DNA of 32,371 nt, taken from Deltaproteobacteria bacterium (GTDB lineage: Bacteria > Desulfobacterota > Dissulfuribacteria > Dissulfuribacterales > QOAL01). Below, piece after piece: positions 7,589 through 16,008 of the stretch (positions are counted from its first letter, which is position 1; every line of letters begins with the position of its first letter). Under the pieces are notes generated by a model. The model searched no databases, was not told the DNA's origin, and saw only the letters and a program-made list of their open reading frames with translations. The stretch is from NCBI GenBank assembly GCA_026988585.1, contig JALSKY010000293.1:1-32371 (forward strand), given 5' to 3'. Position numbers and translations under genes: made by a program.

Positions 7589-8329
7589 TTATAAAATGGC
7601 CATAAAACTTGCTCCAAGCCTGATGGCAAAATGTCCTTCAAGGCCTGACCTAAGATAAATATCATCTGCTATCCTCGTCAATATGGTGGTAAAAATCACC
7701 TCATACCCCATATTGATATAGCCGCCTCTCCCAGCTTCATTGGCATAAAATACAGGTGTTCCATCAGGAAATCTTCTTGATTTTAATCGCCATTTCGCAA
7801 CTTGAAAATTGTGATAAAGCCTCTGAAGCTGTTCTACAGGTATCTGGCATCCGGTTACGAAAACACCATCTGTAACGGAATAGGCCTCATCAAGACTCTT
7901 CTTGAGACCCATTATCAGCAAAAAAATCCTGTCGTGATAACATGGCTCAGGTGAGAATGCCATGTCGAGAAGCCTATGAGACGGCAGAGTCAGGACAGGA
8001 CACCCCATATCCTCAATGGCTGACAGATTCTGATACCATCTGGCCTGTCTCGCAGAGTATCCGGGATTGAAGAGAAAGTCCATCTTCTCCATTCTGCTCC
8101 GCTGATCAGGTTCATAACAGGGATTTTTCCGGTAGAGCCTTTGCATCATATCACGCAGTAATGTGAGGTTTGCCCTGTAGTGATAACTCATTATCTTTAC
8201 GTCTGGAGGGGAGATGGTTCGCCCAAGAGGGCTCTTAGAAAAGGAGGAGCATCCTCCAAGAATGGCAGAAACCATTGCAGAGATGAGCCAGGAGACCATG
8301 ATATAACTGGCTGATTTATGAAATTTCAT
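7589..8329 (-). CDS. Putative lipoprotein of unknown function
   Basis: 246-aa ORF. The N-terminal hydrophobic segment ends in the lipobox-like ILGGCSS. I recognised no family motif. It starts 39 bp upstream of the YkgJ gene on the same strand. Confidence 0.6.
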   Translation of the reverse strand: MKFHKSASYIMVSWLISAMVSAILGGCSSFSKSPLGRTISPPDVKIMSYHYRANLTLLRDMMQRLYRKNPCYEPDQRSRMEKMDFLFNPGYSARQARWYQNLSAIEDMGCPVLTLPSHRLLDMAFSPEPCYHDRIFLLIMGLKKSLDEAYSVTDGVFVTGCQIPVEQLQRLYHNFQVAKWRLKSRRFPDGTPVFYANEAGRGGYINMGYEVIFTTILTRIADDIYLRSGLEGHFAIRLGASFMAIL

Positions 8330-8467
8330 CTGGTTTTAACCCTTTCATGCCGAAATGGCCATATAGCTGAAAGTCTCATCAATTGCTCCATGAGAGATAG
8401 AAACCTTGCCCCGCTCTTTCCAGCCAATCAGATTCCGCTATTCAATCAATTCGGCTCTGTCCTGTTA

Positions 8468-9634
8468 TTAAATAAAATGACACATCACTGAATTGAACAA
8501 CCGCCTACCTCTCTTGGTCAGGGCGATCCTGCCGTCCTCTATGTGAAGGTGGCCGAACTCTGCAAACTGTTTCAACATATCGCCATAATACTCCACAGGA
8601 TCAACAGAAAACCTTTCCTGAAACCACTCCAGAGAGAGACCATTAACCAATCTCATTCCCATTACAAAGGCTTCCCTGAACCTGGCCTCTTCATCCAACC
8701 TTTCTATCTCAGCAACTGGCAGCCTTTCCTGCTGAAGTGACCTGAAATAGAGTGACATTTCCATAGTGTTTGCGCGTCTGATACCGGCTATGTGTGAATG
8801 GGCACCGATCCCCACCCCTACATACTCCCCAGCCAGCCAGTAATTTATGTTATGGCGGGACTGCTTTCCGGGCCTGGAAAAATTTGAAATCTCATAATGG
8901 TCGAACCCTGATGAAACCAGCTTAGTCTCAACCAGGTCCATCAGTTCTACCGCCTGATCCTGGGACAGTTGGGAAAATTTTCCGCTGCGGATCTGCCGGT
9001 GCAGAGAAGTTCCTTCCTCGACAGTGAGCTCATAACAGGAGAGATGATCAGGATGTAACCCTAAAACGGCATCAAGTGTGTTGTTTAGCCACTCTCTATC
9101 CTGTCCAACAATACCGTATATGATATCCATCCCAAGATTCCATACCCCTGCTCTCCGTGCCATTTCACATGCAGCTCCAACCTGATCCACAGAATGGATC
9201 CGGCCCAGAGTCTTCAACCCCCTTTCACTCATATCCTGAACACCAAGACTTAACCTGTTTCCTCCAGATTCCATAAAGGCATCAATGAATTCCAGAGATA
9301 GGGATTCCGGATTTGCCTCTACCGTGATCTCTTTGACCGGAGCGAAATGAGTGTCTGGAGAGACTAACTCCGAAAGTCTGGCAGCCAGTTCCTTTCCCTT
9401 GGAGATGGTACTGGACAAATCCTTTCCTGAAAGCAGGGATGGCGTGCCCCCGCCGATATATATGGTATCCACCGGCGTGGAAAGAGTAGGCATGGAATTG
9501 GAAAGGAGATCCATCTCATGCAAGATGGCATGAACATAACTCTCTTTCAGCTCTTCATTGTGAAGCATGGAGACAAAACTGCAATAGGTGCATCTTTTTC
9601 TGCAGAAGGGTATATGAATATAGATGCCAGACAC
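8468..9634 (-). CDS. hemW: Radical SAM heme chaperone HemW (HemN-like, oxygen-independent coproporphyrinogen III oxidase family)
   Basis: 388-aa ORF with a GTG start. It has the N-terminal IYIHIPFCRKRCTYCSF radical-SAM CX3CX2C motif, GGGTPS, and the HNINYW motif typical of HemW/HemN-like proteins. Confidence 0.9.
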   Translation of the reverse strand: MSGIYIHIPFCRKRCTYCSFVSMLHNEELKESYVHAILHEMDLLSNSMPTLSTPVDTIYIGGGTPSLLSGKDLSSTISKGKELAARLSELVSPDTHFAPVKEITVEANPESLSLEFIDAFMESGGNRLSLGVQDMSERGLKTLGRIHSVDQVGAACEMARRAGVWNLGMDIIYGIVGQDREWLNNTLDAVLGLHPDHLSCYELTVEEGTSLHRQIRSGKFSQLSQDQAVELMDLVETKLVSSGFDHYEISNFSRPGKQSRHNINYWLAGEYVGVGIGAHSHIAGIRRANTMEMSLYFRSLQQERLPVAEIERLDEEARFREAFVMGMRLVNGLSLEWFQERFSVDPVEYYGDMLKQFAEFGHLHIEDGRIALTKRGRRLFNSVMCHFI

Positions 9635-9703
9635 TTTTCTGTTTCAGTTCAGGCCTGTCGAGGTTATGAGAAAAAACTGAATTCTGATGCCAGGATTCCT
9701 CTT

Positions 9704-10288
9704 CTACCTCTTTTTCAGGCCGTTGCAGAACAAAAAGATCTCCACGCTTTCAGACCGTGAGCTTTTGGGTTTGAAAAACTTTACTGACTGGAAGATGGTA
9801 GATAGCCATCTCTTCAGATCAGGAAGGTCCTCACCCTGAAATACCTTGCAGTAAAAGACGCCGTTATCCTTGAGCAGGGCCCTTGCAATCTCTGCAGCCT
9901 GTCGAGCCAGGTCCATGGACCGGTAATGGTCCAGATCCTTTCTACCTGTAGTTGCAGGGGCCATATCACTGACCACTGCATCGAATCGACCAAACTCGTC
10001 CCTGATTTCCCTGTAATCCAGCTCAAACACGTCATGCTTCAAAAAATGGATATTCTCGCCGGAAATTCTCAAGGGATTCAGATCAACCGAGACAACTGTT
10101 CCACCTTTCTTGACTATCTCCCCAAGATATTTACTCCATGATCCAGGGGAAGCACCAAGGTCCATCACTATATGGCCAGGTTTGAGAAAACGGAAACGCT
10201 GTTGGGCCTCCTTCAGCTTGTAAACGCTCCTGGCGGGATACCCTTCCTTCTTTGCCAAACGGAAATAATGGTCTTGAATCTCTTTCAT
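9704..10288 (-). CDS. rlmE: 23S rRNA (uridine2552-2'-O)-methyltransferase RlmE/FtsJ
   Basis: 194-aa ORF. YFRLAKKEGYPARSVYKLKE...LKPGHIVMDLGASPGSWSKY and VVSDMAP...G are typical of the FtsJ/RlmE SAM-dependent methyltransferase. Confidence 0.9.
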   Translation of the reverse strand: MKEIQDHYFRLAKKEGYPARSVYKLKEAQQRFRFLKPGHIVMDLGASPGSWSKYLGEIVKKGGTVVSVDLNPLRISGENIHFLKHDVFELDYREIRDEFGRFDAVVSDMAPATTGRKDLDHYRSMDLARQAAEIARALLKDNGVFYCKVFQGEDLPDLKRWLSTIFQSVKFFKPKSSRSESVEIFLFCNGLKKR

Positions 10289-10535
10289 GCGTCCTCGGTG
10301 TGCATAGACCTGTTGTTGGTTATATTTTTTTATATTGTTTTCATAAAATAGTGTTTATCTTTATTGAAACAATATAATCCCAAAAAGGGCAGAAAAATAT
10401 ACGATGATTTTCAACTCGCTATTTTAAGCTATAATCAAAAAATTTTACCCTATAGTCTTGTGAAGGCAAACCTTTTGGCATGATCCAGATACTCCCAAAG
10501 TGGCCTTGAACAGCTGATCAAAAGGAGATCAACCC
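10289..10535. promoter_or_regulatory. AT-rich divergent promoter/leader region between rlmE (-) and the P-type ATPase gene (+)
   Basis: 247-bp non-coding gap between divergently oriented genes. It is strongly AT-rich at 10320-10450. It contains a TATAAT hexamer at 10373-10378 and an AAAGGAG RBS at 10521-10527 before the ATG at 10536. I could not fix the exact -35/-10 pairs. Confidence 0.5.
10331..10376. repeat. Imperfect inverted repeat TATATTGTTTTCA-N21-TTGAAACAATATA inside the divergent promoter region
   Basis: Read directly from the sequence. The left arm is 10331-10343 and the right arm is 10364-10376. The arms are complementary over 12 bp with one extra T in the left arm. Confidence 0.4.
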
Positions 10536-13250
10536 ATGGGAAAAGGAAAAAGATTAAATGAAAGACCATGGCACGCCCTGGATCCTGCAGAGATATTCCG
10601 TTTGCTCGATACTGATCCGAAGAGTGGCCTACATGAAACACAAGCAGCAGAAAGACTCCAGAAATATGGCCCTAATGAACTGAAGATAGCCGGGTCCAAA
10701 CCGGCATGGCTTAGGTTTCTGCTACAGTTTCATCAGCCCCTGATCTATATACTCATTGTCGCCAGCCTTGTAACTGCTGTACTGGGAGAATGGGTAGATT
10801 CAGGAGTAATCATAGGCATAGTTATTATAAATGCCTTTGTTGGATTCATCCAGGAAGCCCGGGCAGAAAACGCCCTTAACGCCCTGGCCCGCACACTGGA
10901 GTCTTTTGCCGAGGTAATAAGAGAGGGAGAGAAGAGACAGATCCCCTCACATCTTCTGGTTCCCGGAGACATAGTTCTGCTTGCAGCAGGAGACCGGGTG
11001 CCTGCAGACCTAAGACTTTTTGCTACCCGAGAACTTCAAGTGGATGAATCTGCCCTTACCGGAGAATCGATTCCAGTCTCCAAAACAGTAGAGCCCCTGC
11101 CTGAAGAGACTGATCTGGCAACCAGGTCCAACATGGCTTATGCCTCCACTCTGGTAACCGGTGGATTCGCCACCGGCGTAGTAGTGGCCACTGGAATGAA
11201 CACTGAGGTAGGCAGAATATCCGGACTCATAGCATCTGCTGACGATCTGCAGACTCCGCTCACAAAAAAGATTGCAGAGTTCAGCAGGGTCCTGCTTTTT
11301 GCCATTCTTTTCCTTGCTGCTGTAACCTTCCTGGTGGGGTGGCTCAGGGGACAGCCTGTCATAGATGTATTCATGGCTGCAGTAGCCCTTGCTGTAGGTG
11401 CCATTCCTGAAGGGTTGCCTGCAGCAGTCACTGTGGTGCTATCTATAGGTGTGGCTCGAATGGCAAAGAGAAGGGCTATAATCAGAAGACTGCCTGCAGT
11501 AGAAACCCTGGGCAGTGTTACAGTAATCTGTTCTGATAAGACTGGTACCCTCACCAAAAACCAAATGACTGTTCAGGCTATCATTGCAGGAGATGCTCGT
11601 TACGAAGTTAGTGGCACTGGCTATGCTCCTCAGGGCAGGATAGTCAGGATGGACAAACCTGAAGACAATCCCGGTTCAGCACTGCTGGAGTGTCTCAGGG
11701 CTGGTCTGCTCTGCAATGACAGCCGTGTATATCAAAAAGATGGTCGCTGGGAGATATATGGCGATCCAACTGAGGCTGCCCTGATAGTCGCTGCTGTGAA
11801 GGGTGGCCTGGATGCCAAAGAGGAGGAACGCAGGTTTCCCAGAATTGATACCATGCCCTTTGATTCAAAATATCAATATATGGCCACACTCCATGAAGAC
11901 CTGAGAACAGGCAGAAAGATAGCCTACATAAAGGGCGCAGTGGAAAAGATTTTCCAGCGATGCTCTAAAGCAATGAATCAGGATGGTGAACTCCTCCCCT
12001 TTGATATTGGGGTACAGTTGCAAAATGTGGAGAGGTTGACTGTACGGGGACTTAGGGTCCTGGCCTTTGCAATGATTGAATTTGATGCTGACAAAATTCA
12101 TATAGATCACACAGATCTTGAAAAAGGACTGGTATTTCTTGGCATCCAGGGGATGATCGATCCTCCAAGACCTGAAGCGATTACTGCAGTTCAAATATGT
12201 AAAAAGGCTGGCATAGAGGTCAAGATGATCACCGGAGATCATCCTGTTACGGCTGCAGCCATTGCCGAACAGATAGGCATAGGCTGCAGGAAAGAGGGGC
12301 TGCCAAGGGTTATCACAGGCAAAGAGCTGAGCGAATTCAACGAAGATGAACTAAGGGACCTGCTGGAAGATGTATCCGTATTTGCCAGGGCTACTCCTGA
12401 ACAGAAGATCAGAATAGTCCGGGCACTGCAGGCTAAAAACCACGTAGTAGCAATGACTGGAGATGGAGTCAATGACGCACCTGCCCTGAAACAGGCAGAC
12501 ATTGGCGTTGCTATGGGGCTTACAGGCACAGATGTGGCCAGGGAAGCCGCTGACATGGTACTCACAGATGACAACTTCAGCTCCATAGAGGCAGCAGTGG
12601 AAGAAGGCAGAGGGGTGTTCGACAACCTCACAAAATTCATTGTATGGACCCTGCCAACCAACCTGGGAGAAGGGCTGGTGCTGCTTGTAGCAATTCTGTT
12701 TGGCATGACGCTTCCTATTCTGCCAGTACAGATCCTATGGATCAACATGACTACAGCAGGTTTCCTCGGCCTCACCCTTGCGTTTGAACCCAAGGAACCG
12801 GGGATAATGGATCGGGCACCGCGTAATCCTGAGGAACCAATTCTTAATAAAATCCTATCCTTACGCATCCTGCTTGTTGGAGCGTTGCTGCTTGTTGGGG
12901 CGTTTGGTCTCTTTGAACTGGCCATGAACCAGGGAGCGACCCTGGAACAGGCAAGGACCGTTGCAGTTAACGCATTCATCTTCATGGAGCTCTTCTACCT
13001 GTTCAACTGCCGTTCACTTCACCACTCCATAGGGAGCCTGGGCATTTTCTCCAACCCATGGATCTTTGGAGGCATGATCACAATGACACTGGTTCAGTTA
13101 TGCTATACCTACTTGCCAGCCATGAACACCCTGTTCAAAAGCGCCCCAATTCCCCCTGATTTCTGGGTTGGAATAACTGGTGCAGGATTTGCCACCTTTC
13201 TGCTGGTTGAGCTGGAAAAACATATCAGAAAAAGGATGAAATCATCCTGA
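10536..13250 (+). CDS. Cation-transporting P-type ATPase, type IIA-like (Ca2+/Mg2+ class)
   Basis: 904-aa ORF. It has LTGES, ICSDKTGTLT (phosphorylated Asp), PEGLPA in TM4, MITGDH and MTGDGVNDAPALKQADIGVAMG, plus about 10 predicted TM segments. Confidence 0.95.
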   Translation: MGKGKRLNERPWHALDPAEIFRLLDTDPKSGLHETQAAERLQKYGPNELKIAGSKPAWLRFLLQFHQPLIYILIVASLVTAVLGEWVDSGVIIGIVIINAFVGFIQEARAENALNALARTLESFAEVIREGEKRQIPSHLLVPGDIVLLAAGDRVPADLRLFATRELQVDESALTGESIPVSKTVEPLPEETDLATRSNMAYASTLVTGGFATGVVVATGMNTEVGRISGLIASADDLQTPLTKKIAEFSRVLLFAILFLAAVTFLVGWLRGQPVIDVFMAAVALAVGAIPEGLPAAVTVVLSIGVARMAKRRAIIRRLPAVETLGSVTVICSDKTGTLTKNQMTVQAIIAGDARYEVSGTGYAPQGRIVRMDKPEDNPGSALLECLRAGLLCNDSRVYQKDGRWEIYGDPTEAALIVAAVKGGLDAKEEERRFPRIDTMPFDSKYQYMATLHEDLRTGRKIAYIKGAVEKIFQRCSKAMNQDGELLPFDIGVQLQNVERLTVRGLRVLAFAMIEFDADKIHIDHTDLEKGLVFLGIQGMIDPPRPEAITAVQICKKAGIEVKMITGDHPVTAAAIAEQIGIGCRKEGLPRVITGKELSEFNEDELRDLLEDVSVFARATPEQKIRIVRALQAKNHVVAMTGDGVNDAPALKQADIGVAMGLTGTDVAREAADMVLTDDNFSSIEAAVEEGRGVFDNLTKFIVWTLPTNLGEGLVLLVAILFGMTLPILPVQILWINMTTAGFLGLTLAFEPKEPGIMDRAPRNPEEPILNKILSLRILLVGALLLVGAFGLFELAMNQGATLEQARTVAVNAFIFMELFYLFNCRSLHHSIGSLGIFSNPWIFGGMITMTLVQLCYTYLPAMNTLFKSAPIPPDFWVGITGAGFATFLLVELEKHIRKRMKSS

Positions 13251-13304
13251 TGAGATGACATTTTGTCATAGACAGAGAGATCTATTGTCAGACGCAGAGA
13301 TTAC

Positions 13305-14576
13305 TCAAGGGAGAAGAGAGAGAAACCGGGCAAGATGTAACGGCCTTGCCTCTCCCAGATCTCCCTTCCTGTAAGCCATCTCCAGGTGCATGAGGCAGCC
13401 TGAACAGTTGGTGACAACTCTCTTTACCCCTGCTCTCCTGACTTCTGAAACAAGAGTATCCCTGATCCCTGCAGACAATTTTCTGTTGCCTATGAAAAAA
13501 GAGCCCCCAAAACCACAACATCCCAATGTGATTGCAGGGGTGATGCCCATCCGTTCGAACAACTTCTGTATATCTGAAGATCCACCTGGAGAGAACCTGT
13601 CATGACATGGGACCTGCAGGGCAAAAGGCAGGAGATCTGACAAGCAGGTCTGGTTTCCGTATTCGAATGGTCCTGTTATCCTGCATAGTAACTGCTCTTC
13701 TGATGCAAGGAAAGAGGAGAGCTCCCTAACCGAATCTGATATCCATGCTGCCTGTTCATGGAGAGGGTCTCCTTGAGGAAACAGCTTTTTGTAATCTGAC
13801 AGCATTGACGCACATGATGCACACCCTGTCAGGAGTATATCCGGTTGGATAGCAGAGAATATCTTTATGTTCTTTGCCGCTTGCTCTCTTGCCATTTCAG
13901 TCAATCCCGCACTCAGGGCAGCCAGGCCACAACATCCCTGCTGCAACGGAATCACTATCTCCCTGCTCAGTAGATTCAGGGCGTCCTCTGCAACTCCTGG
14001 CATCATGAAATTCTGGACACACCCTGCAAAAAAGGCAATTTTCAGCCGGTGTGGATCTACGGGCGCGGACGGGGGCGGATAGACAGACAGCATATTGTCT
14101 TCTTGTCTGATGGCCGTAAGAAACGGTCTTTCTGCCGGAGACCAGGAATCTATGCCCTGAAAACCGGGGAACATAGATAGGAGTTTCAGGGCAAGTCCAG
14201 TCCCTCTCAACGGGCCGTTTTCCATGATCTTCAAGGCCTTCCTGACTGTCAGGGAGGCTGATGCCTCTTTCTCTCTCCTTTCCCTGATGATGGATCGCAC
14301 ATCGACTCCTGCAGCACACACAGAGGCACATCCGCCGCACTGAAGACAGGCTGTCATTGTATCTCTGACCATCATATCAGCAATGGATCCAGGTAGTTTG
14401 TCCAGCCCCTTGACCAACAGGTGATATTTGCCTCTTGGCGAATGGCGTTCCAGAAACGAGATCCTGTAAACAGGACAGATTGCAAGGCATGCACCGCAAC
14501 CTGCACAGTTCGGTCCTTTTTCGAAGGAATTCATTGGCAATCTTGATCTATGATTAAGGAATCTTTTTTTGGCCAT
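13305..14576 (-). CDS. (Fe-S)-binding oxidoreductase subunit, GlcF/HdrD-like (two 4Fe-4S ferredoxin motifs plus two CCG domains)
   Basis: The motifs are CAGCGACLAICPV and CLQCGGCASVCA, followed by Cys-rich CCG-type motifs (QQGCCGLA, TLGCCGFGG). The start is uncertain. The ORF is open to a TTG at 14591, with ATG candidates at 14576 and 14534, and none has a clear RBS. Confidence 0.8.
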   Translation of the reverse strand: MAKKRFLNHRSRLPMNSFEKGPNCAGCGACLAICPVYRISFLERHSPRGKYHLLVKGLDKLPGSIADMMVRDTMTACLQCGGCASVCAAGVDVRSIIRERREKEASASLTVRKALKIMENGPLRGTGLALKLLSMFPGFQGIDSWSPAERPFLTAIRQEDNMLSVYPPPSAPVDPHRLKIAFFAGCVQNFMMPGVAEDALNLLSREIVIPLQQGCCGLAALSAGLTEMAREQAAKNIKIFSAIQPDILLTGCASCASMLSDYKKLFPQGDPLHEQAAWISDSVRELSSFLASEEQLLCRITGPFEYGNQTCLSDLLPFALQVPCHDRFSPGGSSDIQKLFERMGITPAITLGCCGFGGSFFIGNRKLSAGIRDTLVSEVRRAGVKRVVTNCSGCLMHLEMAYRKGDLGEARPLHLARFLSLLP

Positions 14577-14809
14577 TTTTGAACAGAGCAAAACTGATGA
14601 TATCTTGTTAAAACCATGTCAAATATAGCAGAGTGGTGATATCATAACCATCTCCAGCCTGCAAAAATCTTGAAACAGTTTGACGTGGCATTCACTACAG
14701 CAGATATGCAGCATCGCCCTGTTGATATAACATGATGGAGAGTCTAATATTCCAACATATTTATTTCAGGGCTGTTTCTGCCATAAAATTGTAGTGTTCA
14801 GGGGGAGGA

Positions 14810-15901
14810 ATGTATTTTCTTTTGATGAAGCGAATCAGACGGCTTTTACGCAAATATGACTGGCTGACCATAATAGTTGTTCTTCTTACGCTGCACTGTA
14901 TCTCTGCTGCTCTGCTCCTGATATTCGACTGGGAAACCTATGCCCAGGACACCATACCCAAAACCCTGTGGAAAGGGACGTGGTGGTTCTTTGTTACTGC
15001 AACAACAGTAGGTTATGGAGATGTTGTGCCTCAGAGTATCGTGGGACAGGTAATAGCTGTCTTCGATATGATCTTTGGAATCGGCCTTATGTTTACTGTC
15101 ATCGGAGCAGGAACGGACAAGATCATTGAGCGAAGGAAGAAACGTCTCAAGGGTCTCAAACCAGTTAAATATCATGATCATATCATAATTCTTGGAGGAG
15201 GGGCAAAGAAAAAACTGGAGATTATATGCAGGGAGATAAGGATGGACCTCGGACCTGAAATAGATATTGTGGTCTGCTCTGATAAATACAGGGAAAATCC
15301 TCTGCCAGACATTATAGACTTCATCTACGGAAAGATAGACCAGGATGATACCTTGAAAAAGGCCAATCTGGATGGTGCTCAAAAGGTTGTGATCTATGGG
15401 ATAACAGATGAGGAATCCATCCTTGCCACCATGGCTGTGGATGACATGAACAGGGAACTTTTTATAAGCGTTTATCTCCGGGAAAGAAACAATATAAAAC
15501 ACATAGACAGGATAAACAGAACAAGACAAAAACATTCTGAGATTACCGGAAAACAGTATCCGAAAATCACTATTGTTACCCGTATCTACGATCTGATGCT
15601 TGCCAGGGAGCTGTCAAATCCAGAGATATCGGATGTGCTTTTCCGTCTGTTACGAACAAGAGAGGGGGATGCCTTCTATAGTGTTCAGGCCTGGCCTGAT
15701 CTCAATGTCTGCATCAAGGTTCCTGAGATAAGAAAACTCCTCAGGGCAACAGAGGCCCATGCGTTGCTGCTTGGTGTAAAGCGATATGAAACCAGTGAAA
15801 TTATTGTTAATCCGGATGAAAACGTCTATATATGCCCCAAGGATCAGCTATTTGTCATTGCCAAGCAGAAACCTCAACCCGATTGGGAATCCATTCTTTG
15901 A
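14810..15901 (+). CDS. Potassium channel protein (2-TM pore domain with TVGYGD filter plus cytoplasmic RCK/TrkA-N-like domain)
   Basis: 363-aa ORF with a GGGGGAGG RBS directly upstream. It has the selectivity filter ATTVGYGDVVP between two hydrophobic helices. HIIILGGG begins a Rossmann-like RCK domain. Confidence 0.9.
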   Translation: MYFLLMKRIRRLLRKYDWLTIIVVLLTLHCISAALLLIFDWETYAQDTIPKTLWKGTWWFFVTATTVGYGDVVPQSIVGQVIAVFDMIFGIGLMFTVIGAGTDKIIERRKKRLKGLKPVKYHDHIIILGGGAKKKLEIICREIRMDLGPEIDIVVCSDKYRENPLPDIIDFIYGKIDQDDTLKKANLDGAQKVVIYGITDEESILATMAVDDMNRELFISVYLRERNNIKHIDRINRTRQKHSEITGKQYPKITIVTRIYDLMLARELSNPEISDVLFRLLRTREGDAFYSVQAWPDLNVCIKVPEIRKLLRATEAHALLLGVKRYETSEIIVNPDENVYICPKDQLFVIAKQKPQPDWESIL

Positions 15902-16008
15902 AACTGCTGGGAGACTCTGAAAAAATGGTATAGACTGAACCCATCCGATCATCAGTTGATCTATTTTCTCTTTTTACCGAGTCTTTTTAATATCAAGGAG
16001 TCAATGTA

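Noticed and set aside
10380-10535. Possible Mg2+ (M-box) riboswitch in the ATPase leader. I also considered a purine/ZTP riboswitch upstream of purL (15902-16008) and a c-di-AMP riboswitch upstream of the K+ channel (14592-14809).
   Set aside because: I could not find the conserved core sequences of these riboswitch classes by eye. Only a covariance-model scan could settle this.
12239-12985. 248-aa ORF antisense to the P-type ATPase, and the 242-aa ORF at 3674-4402 antisense to the dikinase-like gene
   Set aside because: They have Ser/Ala/Pro-rich low-complexity translations, no RBS, and are embedded in strongly supported genes. They are shadow ORFs.
13255-13270. Palindrome ATGACA-tttt-TGTCAT between the convergent ATPase and Fe-S genes, as a possible bidirectional terminator
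   Set aside because: It has a 6-bp AT-rich stem and no flanking U/A tracts. The support is insufficient.
14590-14620. dif-like XerCD site (search prompted by xerD), with best partial match TCTTGTTAAAA; also 21675-21690
   Set aside because: Only about 8/11 match to the XerD-arm consensus TTATGTTAAAT, and there is no matching XerC arm at the required 6-bp spacing.
15947-15975. Possible terminator after the K+ channel gene (GATCA-tcagt-TGATC followed by TATTTTCTCTTTTT)
   Set aside because: The stem is only 5 bp and AT-rich, which is too weak to call.
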